A stretch of 50,245 nucleotides of DNA from an uncultured Candidatus Saccharibacteria bacterium. Lineage in GTDB: Bacteria > Patescibacteriota > Minisyncoccia > Phycocordibacterales > DATDWN01. Shown piece by piece: positions 18,348 through 27,120 of this stretch. Location: positions 68,910 through 119,154 of the forward strand of contig CAZTQY010000002.1 of the NCBI GenBank assembly GCA_964616425.1, written 5' to 3'. Position 1 is the stretch's first letter; each line of letters opens with the position of its first letter. The position numbers were made by a program, and so were the translations under genes. A model generated the notes under the pieces. That model was not told the DNA's origin. It did not search any database and saw only the letters and a program-made list of their open reading frames with translations.

Positions 18348-18725
18348 TTATTTTTTATCTGCAGTCTTTCTTCCAGTACCCATTGTTTTCTTTGCACCTC
18401 TCTTTGTTCTTGCATTTGTCTTTGTTCTCTGACCTCGAGTTGGAAGATTTCTTGCATGTCTACTACCTCTGTATGTCTTAATATCCTTAAGTCTCTTTAT
18501 GTTACCAGCCACTTCTCGCTTAAGATCTCCTTCTATCTTGTAGCTTTCTACAACTTTTCTTATAGCGTTCTCCTGGTCAACTGTAAGATCTTTTGGTTTC
18601 AAACCATATTCAACCTTTGCAATGTCTAAAATAGTATGAGCCAAAGGTCTACCAACACCAAACAAAACGGTCAGTCCGATTTCGATTCTTTTCTCTTCTG
18701 GTAATGTTATTCCTAATATTCTCAT
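18348..18725 (-). CDS. rpsM: 30S ribosomal protein S13
   Basis: MRILGITLPEEKRIEIGLT... and YRGSRHARNLPTRGQRTKTNART. Confidence 0.95.
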   Translation of the reverse strand: MRILGITLPEEKRIEIGLTVLFGVGRPLAHTILDIAKVEYGLKPKDLTVDQENAIRKVVESYKIEGDLKREVAGNIKRLKDIKTYRGSRHARNLPTRGQRTKTNARTKRGAKKTMGTGRKTADKK

Positions 18726-18746
18726 TTTTTTATTTAAAATTTAGTT

Positions 18747-18864
18747 GTTATCCTTGTCTTTGCTTATGTCTTGCGTTTAGTTTACATACAACATAAACAT
18801 AGCCCTTTCTTCGGACAACCTGGCAACCTGAACATATTTTTTTAACTGAAGATTTTACTTTCAT
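18747..18864 (-). CDS. rpmJ: 50S ribosomal protein L36 with an apparent 1-nt insertion. The in-frame ORF is only 18763-18864; the conserved C-terminus continues in the +1 frame to 18747.
   Basis: Frame 0 reads [28 protein letters not shown] then TKRKT-stop. After skipping one A of the AAAA run (plus-strand TTTT at 18780-18783), the sequence reads [10 protein letters not shown]-stop. That matches the near-universal L36 ending ...HKQRQG, which contains the zinc-ligand His. Confidence 0.75.
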
Positions 18865-18877
18865 CTGTTTTATATTT

Positions 18878-19099
18878 CTAACCTCTTTTTACTATTCTGC
18901 CCTTACCACCGTATGGTTCAAGCTCAACAGTGACTCTGTCACCAACCATTACTCTAATACGGTGAAGTCGCATTTTTCCTGACAAATATGTCAGCATTTC
19001 TTCTCCATTGTCGTCCCTTTTGACTTTAAAAAAAGTGTTTGGTAATGCCTCAATAACTTGAGCATTTACTATCGCTTCTTTTTTGTTAGGTTCTTGCAT
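18878..19099 (-). CDS. infA: Translation initiation factor IF-1
   Basis: S1-like fold sequence ...[12 protein letters not shown]...[25 protein letters not shown]... Confidence 0.95.
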   Translation of the reverse strand: MQEPNKKEAIVNAQVIEALPNTFFKVKRDDNGEEMLTYLSGKMRLHRIRVMVGDRVTVELEPYGGKGRIVKRG

Positions 19100-19203
19100 T
19101 ATTTTGATCCCAATTCAATTCAAGACGTCTTTTAAGTAACAGGTTGTATGGTAACAGAATTAGCCCTGTTTCGTCAACCCCAGTGCCGTGGTATAGAAAA
19201 CTG

Positions 19204-20628
19204 CTACTGTAGAGTGTTGATTAATGTCACTTTATTTGGGTCAGTTGGAATAGTCTGATTCCAAAATGGCTGAGTCTCTATCCAGGCTTCTTTGATTGTA
19301 GGATATTTTACTATTATATTTTTAGCTTGATTCTTGGACAGGCCCAAAAGTTCAGATTTGATCTTATTTTCATCAAATACCCATACAAAATTAGGGCTAC
19401 CTTTTAGTGAAAAAGTTATAGAATTAGCCGTATTAAGTGATGATGTTGTTCCTGAAGCAAAAGCAAAATCCAAGTCATCCAAGTTTATAACTTTTACAAC
19501 ATCATTAACAGCAGATGGCACTAACTCAGCCAATAGAGTTCTAGATAGTATTCCTTTGTCGAAAATTACAGCAGTCGCTGTTCCGTGTTTTTTTAATACA
19601 GCTCCACCATTTGAACCATTTATATTTGTTACTGGGTCAAACTTATACACAAGAGATGTTGGATACAATACAAAATCTGATGGTATTTGGGTTGTAATAT
19701 CTTTTGCCAAGCTGGCCTTGAGTGAATCTTCAAGTTCATTTTCTGACTGACTTAATACCTCTTTAGAAACAGTTTTTTGCATACCTGAAAATCCACCAGT
19801 CATCTCGGTTTTAGATCTAGCATAGATTTTTGTATATTTTGGATCACCCTTCAGTCCAGGAATCGTAAAATCTTTTAAACCAACATTATATTCAGCTCCA
19901 GTTTTATCAGCTTCAACGAGGACCTCAACACTACCTGCAACTGTTTTACCTGATTTTATGGATGTTCCAGGGACTGTTACTGGGTCAATAAGTCTAAAAA
20001 TAAGGCCTTCTTCAGTCTCAAAACGGGTTGTAGCAATCAATTTCTGTGATTGTGAGCTATATGAGTTGTATATAACTATAGTGCCACGCGCCTTTGTTTG
20101 GACCATTGATTCACCTGTTGATTCAACATTTTTCTCAATATCTTTTGATACTGTAACTATTTGAAAGCCTAATCCACCAGACGAAAGGTCTTTTTTTGCT
20201 GAAAATGTTGAGTTTAGGTCGACCGTTTGATTTTTTGGAGTAATAGTCACCTTCGCACTTTTAAAGAATGCTGATATACCAAATGCAACCAATATAAGCA
20301 GGACTCCAATACTTGTGTATAAAACTTTTTTTGATTTTTTCTTTGGTTCATCAAATTCGTATTTATATGAGTTGTTGATTATTACAGGGGGTCTATTCTT
20401 GCTAATATTATCAACTCTCGTTGGAGTCTCTGTTTTTATTGAAACAGGTCTTGAAAAGTCTTCAACTTCTATAGTCTCTGGCTCAACCACAGGTTCTTTT
20501 TCTCTAGTTATCTTTGGTGTTGTTCTTTTTGCATTAGAAGCTAAGGTTGAACCTCTTTCAGATAGTTTTACATTTCTTATTGATTTTTTTGGTGGAATTA
20601 CATCCTGTACAAGATTTTTGTTGGGCAT
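19204..20628 (-). CDS. Membrane-anchored protein with a large extracytoplasmic domain (hypothetical)
   Basis: 474 aa with a basic, proline-rich N-terminal tail, a single TM helix (VLYTSIGVLLILVAFGISAFF), and a beta-rich remainder. Confidence 0.55.
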   Translation of the reverse strand: MPNKNLVQDVIPPKKSIRNVKLSERGSTLASNAKRTTPKITREKEPVVEPETIEVEDFSRPVSIKTETPTRVDNISKNRPPVIINNSYKYEFDEPKKKSKKVLYTSIGVLLILVAFGISAFFKSAKVTITPKNQTVDLNSTFSAKKDLSSGGLGFQIVTVSKDIEKNVESTGESMVQTKARGTIVIYNSYSSQSQKLIATTRFETEEGLIFRLIDPVTVPGTSIKSGKTVAGSVEVLVEADKTGAEYNVGLKDFTIPGLKGDPKYTKIYARSKTEMTGGFSGMQKTVSKEVLSQSENELEDSLKASLAKDITTQIPSDFVLYPTSLVYKFDPVTNINGSNGGAVLKKHGTATAVIFDKGILSRTLLAELVPSAVNDVVKVINLDDLDFAFASGTTSSLNTANSITFSLKGSPNFVWVFDENKIKSELLGLSKNQAKNIIVKYPTIKEAWIETQPFWNQTIPTDPNKVTLINTLQ

Positions 20629-20684
20629 TTTAGTAATTGTACATCAAACAAAATTCTTTGCCAATAAAAAATATCTGTGGATTG

Positions 20685-21887
20685 TTACAAATTCAATATT
20701 TTTTTATAGAAAAGAGCTACAAATGAAATAAACTCATCTGCCCTATATGGTGATTCATTTTTACAGAAATCTTTTACAGAGTTTTCATCAATATTTGTTA
20801 AATTCATAGTTTTTCTAAATGAAGCTGTCGCATCTACTTTGGATAATTGGAGAAAACTATTGTAAATCGGTGTTACATCACTACTAGCCATCAAATATAA
20901 GTTTTCTGGTAAAGAAAGTGTTGGGGAGATTTCTAAAAGTGAATTTTCAAAATAAATTGCCCATTCTTTTTCTACTTGTGTTATGACTTCCTGCATTTTT
21001 ACCTTTTGAGAGTCGTCTATTATTTCAGAATTATATAGATGGAGCAGTGATTCAGCTATTTCAATGGGGACATCAAAAGCTTTGCTGATTTGTCTCAATA
21101 TAAAATTCCTTCCTGACGGCATAGTAGTAGTTTGCATAATAACTGAGTCTTGAACTAAAGTCATGTCTGTCATATCACCAGTAATATCCATAATCAAAAA
21201 GTCATTAACCCCACTAAAGAAGTCTCGAATAACAGAAAAAGCCACCAATGGAAAAGTATGAATAGCAATTTTTTCTTTGTGGATATGCCCATATCTGAGT
21301 ATAGAATCATAAACTTTCTCTACAATTCCCCTATCCATCGCTGATAAACAGACAAAAGCATCTATATTTTTAGTCTTTTTTCCTATTGGGTTTGTTAAAC
21401 TGTATCCGTTAATTTTTGTATGAATAATATTTTTTTCAACAATCTCAAATGTATCGTTAGTATTGGCTGTTAATTCGTTTACAAAAGAGACTTCCTCCTT
21501 ATCGATCACATTATCAAGAAATTTTTCAGAAATAATAAAGTCATTTTCGTTTGCAATATTTATATGTTTTGTTTTAGAAATGAACCACGGAGATGAGAAA
21601 GAAATGATAGCTGATTCTATATTTTTTGAATTATTTGACCAGTATTTATGAGTAAATCCTCTCTTTGTTATATTTATTAGTTGTGAGTCTAGTTTTGAAA
21701 TCATTGAGTCTATCAAACGTGATGCTTGTGGTACGTCGTTTAAAACTATATTTTCAGTAGAAATATACAAAAAAACTGGCAATTCTTTTCCATTAAATAA
21801 TACTAGTGCACACGTGATTGTGCTATTCCCGACATCAACAACTAAAGACACTTGTTTCTCTTTTTTACCAAAAGACAAAAATGACAT
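20685..21887 (-). CDS. Actin-fold ATPase-like protein (FtsA/PilM-like, tentative)
   Basis: The N-terminal VVDVGNSTITCALV resembles the phosphate-1 motif of the ASKHA fold, and the size is about 400 aa. The assignment rests on pattern only. Confidence 0.4.
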   Translation of the reverse strand: MSFLSFGKKEKQVSLVVDVGNSTITCALVLFNGKELPVFLYISTENIVLNDVPQASRLIDSMISKLDSQLINITKRGFTHKYWSNNSKNIESAIISFSSPWFISKTKHINIANENDFIISEKFLDNVIDKEEVSFVNELTANTNDTFEIVEKNIIHTKINGYSLTNPIGKKTKNIDAFVCLSAMDRGIVEKVYDSILRYGHIHKEKIAIHTFPLVAFSVIRDFFSGVNDFLIMDITGDMTDMTLVQDSVIMQTTTMPSGRNFILRQISKAFDVPIEIAESLLHLYNSEIIDDSQKVKMQEVITQVEKEWAIYFENSLLEISPTLSLPENLYLMASSDVTPIYNSFLQLSKVDATASFRKTMNLTNIDENSVKDFCKNESPYRADEFISFVALFYKKILNL

Positions 21888-21906
21888 GAAGTTATTTTAT
21901 CATAAT

Positions 21907-23661
21907 TTATTCCAAAACGGCTTTGATTCGTCGAACTCCGGCCGAAACAGCCTCCTCTTTTACTATCTTGAACTTTCCAAGAGTTCCAGTGTTTTCCACA
22001 TGAGGCCCTCCACAAAACTCTTTTGAATACGCAGAGTCTATAGAGTTGCCGATGTAGTAGACATTTACTTCATCAGGATATTTTTCACCAAAAAAGTGTA
22101 AAGCTCCAGTTTTTTCTGCTTCATCTTTCTTCATTACCTCTTTTTTTACTGGTAAGTTAGCTTGAATTTTATCATTAACAATATCTTCAACTTTTTTCTT
22201 CTCTTCATCGGTCATTTTTCGTTCAAAAGCAAAGTCGAAACGTAGTCTCTCTGCTGTTATGTTGCTACCCTTTTGTTGAACTGAGTCCCCCAAGACATCT
22301 CTCAGTGCTTGATGCAGTAGGTGTGTAGTTGTGTGGTATTTTATTTCCATTTCCCCAGTGCTTCCAAGTCCTCCTTTGAATTTTTGTTCACTTCCAGCAC
22401 GTGAAAGCTCTTGGTGTTTTTTGAATTCTTGATAGAATTTTTCTTCATCCACCTCAATATCCTTTTCTTTAGCTAGTTCTTTAGTGATTTCTATTGGAAA
22501 ACCATATGTAGTAAAGAGAATAAATGGATCAACCCCTTTTTCAAATTGTTTTATTCCATCTTCAAGTGTCTTTGTAAATTTAATAATTTCCTCTTCTATT
22601 TTTTGCTTGATTAAAATTTCATTGTTCTTAATCTCTGGATGAGAACTGACATAAATATCAGAAATTGTGTCAATTAAGCTAGATATTTCGGCCGAGTTTA
22701 ACTTTCTTTGATCTGTTTTTATAACAGCTCTTCTTAATAAACGTCTCAAAATATAGCCTCTGTCTGTATTTGAGGGGTTAACTCCATCTACAATCATAAA
22801 TACGGATGTCCTGATGTGATCAGCAATTATCCTTTGATTTTTAGTATTTTCAGTTAACTTATTTGTGATATCAAGTAAGTGTGAAAACACATCAGTGTCA
22901 AAAACACTAGATTTCCCTTGAATAACAGCTACCATTCTTTCAAAACCAGCTCCAGTATCAACATTTCTATTTTCTAGCTTACTAACCACTTTTCCATCTT
23001 TTGATAAAAACTCCATAAATACGTTATTCCAAATTTCTACAACTCTTTGCTCATCATCTGCTTTTAGATACTCATCCAAAGTCATCCCAGAATTCAAAGT
23101 TCCAGTTAAATCGTAAAACATTTCGGTATCGGGTCCACAAGGTCCGTTAGGACCAGCACTCCACCAGTTTTTGTTTGCGGGTCTAAAATATATTCGATCT
23201 CCTGTTACACCATTTTTCTCAAATATTTCTTTCCAAATAGCAGCTGATTCTTCATCACGAGGTGCATTTTCATCACCCTCGAAACATGTAACGTAAAGTC
23301 TCTGAGGGTCTAAACCAAAACCTTCTTCTTTTGATGTTAGAAGTTCATAACTCCAGTTTATGGATTCATTCTTCCAATAATCTCCCAAAGACCAGTTACC
23401 AAGCATCTCAAAAAAGGTTAAGTGAGTATTATCACCAACTTCATCAATATCATTTGTCCTGACGCATTTTTGAGCATCTGCGAGTCTAGTACCTTGTGGA
23501 TGCTTTTCACCAAGGAGATATGGAACTAGTGGTTGCATTCCAGCTGTATTGAACAAAACTGAAGGATCATTTTCTGGTACTAAAGAAGCAGAAGGGATTA
23601 TGGCATGGCCTCTTTTCTCAAAAAAAGCGAGGAAACGTTGTCGTATTTCGTTGGATGTCAT
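21907..23661 (-). CDS. alaS: Alanyl-tRNA synthetase, short form (about 584 aa) ending right after the editing-domain zinc motif
   Basis: MTSNEIRQRFLAFFEKRGH...NDPSVLFNTAGM (class II AlaRS N-terminus). Editing motifs HTTTHLLHQAL and CGGPHV are present. No C-Ala domain follows. Confidence 0.9.
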   Translation of the reverse strand: MTSNEIRQRFLAFFEKRGHAIIPSASLVPENDPSVLFNTAGMQPLVPYLLGEKHPQGTRLADAQKCVRTNDIDEVGDNTHLTFFEMLGNWSLGDYWKNESINWSYELLTSKEEGFGLDPQRLYVTCFEGDENAPRDEESAAIWKEIFEKNGVTGDRIYFRPANKNWWSAGPNGPCGPDTEMFYDLTGTLNSGMTLDEYLKADDEQRVVEIWNNVFMEFLSKDGKVVSKLENRNVDTGAGFERMVAVIQGKSSVFDTDVFSHLLDITNKLTENTKNQRIIADHIRTSVFMIVDGVNPSNTDRGYILRRLLRRAVIKTDQRKLNSAEISSLIDTISDIYVSSHPEIKNNEILIKQKIEEEIIKFTKTLEDGIKQFEKGVDPFILFTTYGFPIEITKELAKEKDIEVDEEKFYQEFKKHQELSRAGSEQKFKGGLGSTGEMEIKYHTTTHLLHQALRDVLGDSVQQKGSNITAERLRFDFAFERKMTDEEKKKVEDIVNDKIQANLPVKKEVMKKDEAEKTGALHFFGEKYPDEVNVYYIGNSIDSAYSKEFCGGPHVENTGTLGKFKIVKEEAVSAGVRRIKAVLE

Positions 23662-23704
23662 ATGAACTCTATGATTACACAAAAACAGTAAAAATTAAAG
23701 ATTT

Positions 23705-24313
23705 CTAAATATATTTCTTCAAAACTTGGAAGTCTTTTAAAATTGTTTCTTTATTATCGCCCTGATACAAAGCAACAGCTGGGTGATACAAAGGTATGAT
23801 AGTCACATTCCCGTATTCTGTTTTTGCAACAAATTCTTTACCATGCAACTCACCAATTGGTGCAAGTTTATCATTGAGACCCAACTTGCCCATTATGTAT
23901 GACATCGAGAAGCGACCAAGTGTCGCTATAACTTTTGGTTGAATTATATTTATTTGTTCATCGAGAAAAGGTGAATATAGGTTTATTTCTATAATACTCG
24001 GATCTCTGTTTTCCTGAGGTCTATCTTTTACGATGTTTGTAATATAAACATCACTTCGATTTAGACTGATTGATTCAAGCATTTCATCTAACACTTTTCC
24101 AGATCTACCACAAAAAGGTCTGGCTGTTTCTGCTTCGTTTTTTCCTGGAGCCTCACCAATAAACATAATATTGGCAACTAGACTTCCCTCACCCACAACT
24201 GGAAAATATTTGTTTTCTACACGATACTGGTACAACGGAGATTCTTTTAAATCCAAGATCCTTTCACGAATATTTTTCATTTTATCAAAACGCTCTTCAA
24301 GATTTAAAGACAT
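23705..24313 (-). CDS. Uracil-DNA glycosylase, family 4
   Basis: GEAPGKNEAETARPFCGRSGKVL and a C-terminal HPA motif. Confidence 0.85.
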   Translation of the reverse strand: MSLNLEERFDKMKNIRERILDLKESPLYQYRVENKYFPVVGEGSLVANIMFIGEAPGKNEAETARPFCGRSGKVLDEMLESISLNRSDVYITNIVKDRPQENRDPSIIEINLYSPFLDEQINIIQPKVIATLGRFSMSYIMGKLGLNDKLAPIGELHGKEFVAKTEYGNVTIIPLYHPAVALYQGDNKETILKDFQVLKKYI

Positions 24314-24317
24314 ATAT

Positions 24318-24929
24318 TTATAGATATTTTTTCTTTCTTATAACAGAATCCTCTGGTGACCACCAGTCAGATGATTCTGTAGTCATGACTGTTCCAGCTA
24401 TTACTTTTGCTATTGGAGTTTTTAAAAGGCTGATAGCATATTCTATTCTATCAAAGGCTCTAGTATTTCCAATATCAATTTCCTCCTTCAGAGATATAAT
24501 CCACTCCAAGATATCAGCATCTTTAACAATTATTGATTCTTTTGACTCTCTTTTTTCGTATTCACCAAGAGTTTCAAGAATATCTTTACCAAACGGAACT
24601 GAATCCGCTATGTCCTGTATAGCGCTATGTTCTTTTCGTTCTACGTATTTTTGATGTATGTGGTTCAAATCAGATATTCTAGTTTCAGAAATGTCATGAA
24701 AAAGACACATTTTAAGAACCTTTAGCGTATCAACTTTTCCATCAATTTGAGCTAGTGTATAACCAATAAATGCTGTTCGACTGACATGTTCAGCTACAGA
24801 TTGTCTTCCTGTTCCTAGAAAGTGAAAACCGCTTCTGGGTGTTCTAGCCAACATACCAACTTCAAAAAGAAAGTTAGCAATATTTTTATTTTCTTGATTG
24901 ACTATTGATTTATTCTTATTTTTTTTCAT
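24318..24929 (-). CDS. HD-domain phosphohydrolase, YfbR-like 5'-deoxynucleotidase family
   Basis: SVAEHVSRTA ... LFHDISETRISDL (the H...HD...D pattern). Confidence 0.75.
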   Translation of the reverse strand: MKKNKNKSIVNQENKNIANFLFEVGMLARTPRSGFHFLGTGRQSVAEHVSRTAFIGYTLAQIDGKVDTLKVLKMCLFHDISETRISDLNHIHQKYVERKEHSAIQDIADSVPFGKDILETLGEYEKRESKESIIVKDADILEWIISLKEEIDIGNTRAFDRIEYAISLLKTPIAKVIAGTVMTTESSDWWSPEDSVIRKKKYL

Positions 24930-24935
24930 TCTATC

Positions 24936-25769
24936 CTATAGACCATCAATCTCTTCAATTACTTTTTTAATGCTTTCACCTGTGAGCCCGATTTTTGACA
25001 ATAAATCAGGATTTTCAATAACTGTTTTACAAAGAACTATTCCTTGAGTTAGCAATTCCTTCTTTTCTCTACCATTTATACTAGCTAAACATGTAATAGG
25101 ATGTAGTTTTGATTCTAAAATCATGTCGTGGAGGTTACCGGTAGGAGGATAATTCCAGCCAATCATCCTAATTCCACCCTGACAACTTCCGTACTCAATT
25201 GCAGTTGAAGTGAACTTTGTATTTGTGACTAACCAGAACTCATCCAAGTTTCTTTCTTTACCATAATTAAATTTCATATCCTTCAGATCATCAAATCTTG
25301 CTTTTACATAGAGTATTACTTTTAAATCAGATTTTGTACCACCTTCATTATGGAACTTTGCTTCTACCATAACCAGCTCTTTGTTATTCCAGGCGACAAC
25401 ATCAACTTCGTGCGCTACACATGAGCCATTTACCATTTGACCAGTCTTAGCCTCAAAACCTTTTTCTTTAAAAATTTCAGCAACATAGTCTTCAAAAGCA
25501 AAACCAGATGGCCCAAGCTCCATAATCGCTCTTTTAAGTGAGTACTTAATTGCTATAGGGCTTTCTTCCTTATGTAAAAGTTCAAAAACGTGTCTATATA
25601 TGTTGTGAGTTGTGATATCTTGTTTTAGATGACCATAAACATGGTTTATGATATCTCTAGTTGCTTTTGTAGATGCACCTGCACGTTTCAGAGAAGACTC
25701 AAGTTTCTTTTCATCAAATGGTTCTTTTGTTCCGTCCGCTTTTAAAACATAAATTGGTTCTGTAGTCAT
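24936..25769 (-). CDS. ATP-cone domain fused to a PD-(D/E)xK (restriction-endonuclease-like) domain
   Basis: The N-terminal 90 aa, V.K.DG..E.F...KL..SL..AG, resemble an ATP-cone. Later, HEVDVVAW...LVMVEAKFH fits the D...ExK nuclease motif. Confidence 0.65.
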   Translation of the reverse strand: MTTEPIYVLKADGTKEPFDEKKLESSLKRAGASTKATRDIINHVYGHLKQDITTHNIYRHVFELLHKEESPIAIKYSLKRAIMELGPSGFAFEDYVAEIFKEKGFEAKTGQMVNGSCVAHEVDVVAWNNKELVMVEAKFHNEGGTKSDLKVILYVKARFDDLKDMKFNYGKERNLDEFWLVTNTKFTSTAIEYGSCQGGIRMIGWNYPPTGNLHDMILESKLHPITCLASINGREKKELLTQGIVLCKTVIENPDLLSKIGLTGESIKKVIEEIDGL

Positions 25770-25804
25770 AAAACCATTATCTCACATATGAAAAAGTGAG
25801 CAAA

Positions 25805-26890
25805 CTAGAGGATATTTTCGATAATACCACCACCCAGGCAAACTTCGTCATCATAAAATACTGCAGATTGACCTACAGCTATTCCACTTTGAGGTTCATC
25901 AAATACTACGTGATAGCCTTCATTTTCTTTCTTTATCTGACAGGTCTGCTTTTGTTGTCGGTATCTTATCCGTACAGATATTTTATTCTCAATATATTTT
26001 TCATTTCCAGATATCAAATGTAGATTATCTAAAACAATTTCTCTAATTGAGTTAATTTTCTCCAATTCATCTTCCTTACTTGCAACAGTAACAGTATTTT
26101 TCTCTAGGTCTTTTGAAATCACAAAGTATCTAGGATCATCCCCTGTTTTTTTGGTTACAGTAAAACCGTGTCTCTGGCCAATAGTTAAGAAAATAGCTCC
26201 ATCGTGAGTTCCGATAACTTCACCTTTAGTATTTAAAACATCCCCATCTTTTGTTTCTATATAGTGAGTTAAAAAATCCTTCATATCTATCTTTCCAATA
26301 AAGCACAAACCCTGGCTGTCTTTTTTGGTTGCCGTTGGTAGACCGAACTTATGTGCTAGGTTCCTCACTTCTGGTTTTGTCATGTGACCTATAGGGAAAA
26401 GTGTGTGTGATAGTTCGTGTTGACCGAGTGTATATACAAAATAGGACTGATCCTTTTCTTTATCTGCAGACTCATGTAGTTCAAATATTTCTCGTACCTT
26501 TTTCACCTGTGCATAATGACCAGTTGCAACATAGTCAGCACCCATTTCTAGTGCCTTTCTCAAAAATACTCCAAACTTCACATATTTATTACAAAAAACA
26601 TCAGGATTCGGAACTCTACCTTCGCAATACTCTCGTATCATATAGTCCACCACCTCTTTTTTATATTCAGCTTCACAATCTAGAGTAATGAAAGGAACAT
26701 TAAGTGTTGCGCAGACTCTCATTGCACTTCTTCTTTCCTCTCTCCAGTCACAAGGTAAAAAATCTGGGGCCCAAACCTTTAAAAACACGCCTGTAACGTC
26801 GTATCCTTCATTTTTGAGTAATGCTAAAGCCACAGAGCTATCTACGCCCCCAGAAACACCAACAAACACCTTTGGCTTTATATTCATCAA
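25805..26890 (-). CDS. mnmA: tRNA-specific 2-thiouridylase MnmA
   Basis: PP-loop SGGVDSSVA, the DSQGLCFIG motif, 361 aa. Confidence 0.9.
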   Translation of the reverse strand: MMNIKPKVFVGVSGGVDSSVALALLKNEGYDVTGVFLKVWAPDFLPCDWREERRSAMRVCATLNVPFITLDCEAEYKKEVVDYMIREYCEGRVPNPDVFCNKYVKFGVFLRKALEMGADYVATGHYAQVKKVREIFELHESADKEKDQSYFVYTLGQHELSHTLFPIGHMTKPEVRNLAHKFGLPTATKKDSQGLCFIGKIDMKDFLTHYIETKDGDVLNTKGEVIGTHDGAIFLTIGQRHGFTVTKKTGDDPRYFVISKDLEKNTVTVASKEDELEKINSIREIVLDNLHLISGNEKYIENKISVRIRYRQQKQTCQIKKENEGYHVVFDEPQSGIAVGQSAVFYDDEVCLGGGIIENIL

Positions 26891-26919
26891 TATCTTTATA
26901 TCATAAACAAGTAAATGTA

Positions 26920-27116
26920 AGAACTAGTAATTTCAGACACTGCGGAAGCAATTAGAAAACAACGACAAAGATAAAGTAAGCCTGAAACATTTACCCCGAA
27001 GGGGCGACCAACGGGAGTCTGTGTAAGGCTACGTATCAAGGAGATTGTTTTCTTGATTGCTGAGCGAGAGGAAAATTCTATCAAGAATTTATCTGTTCTC
27101 TTAAATTACTAGTTCT
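26920..27116 (-). ncRNA. Candidate structured RNA of unknown class, about 197 nt, closed by a 14-bp perfect stem
   Basis: 26920-26933 (AGAACTAGTAATTT) is the exact reverse complement of 27103-27116. On the minus strand there is an apical C(UUCG)G hairpin at 26994-27004. Further long-range and alternative pairings are present (UUCUUGAU/AUCAAGAA versus AUCAAG/CUUGAU). The element is richer in G+C than its flanks and fills the mltG-mnmA spacer. Confidence 0.35.
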
Positions 27117-27120
27117 GAAA

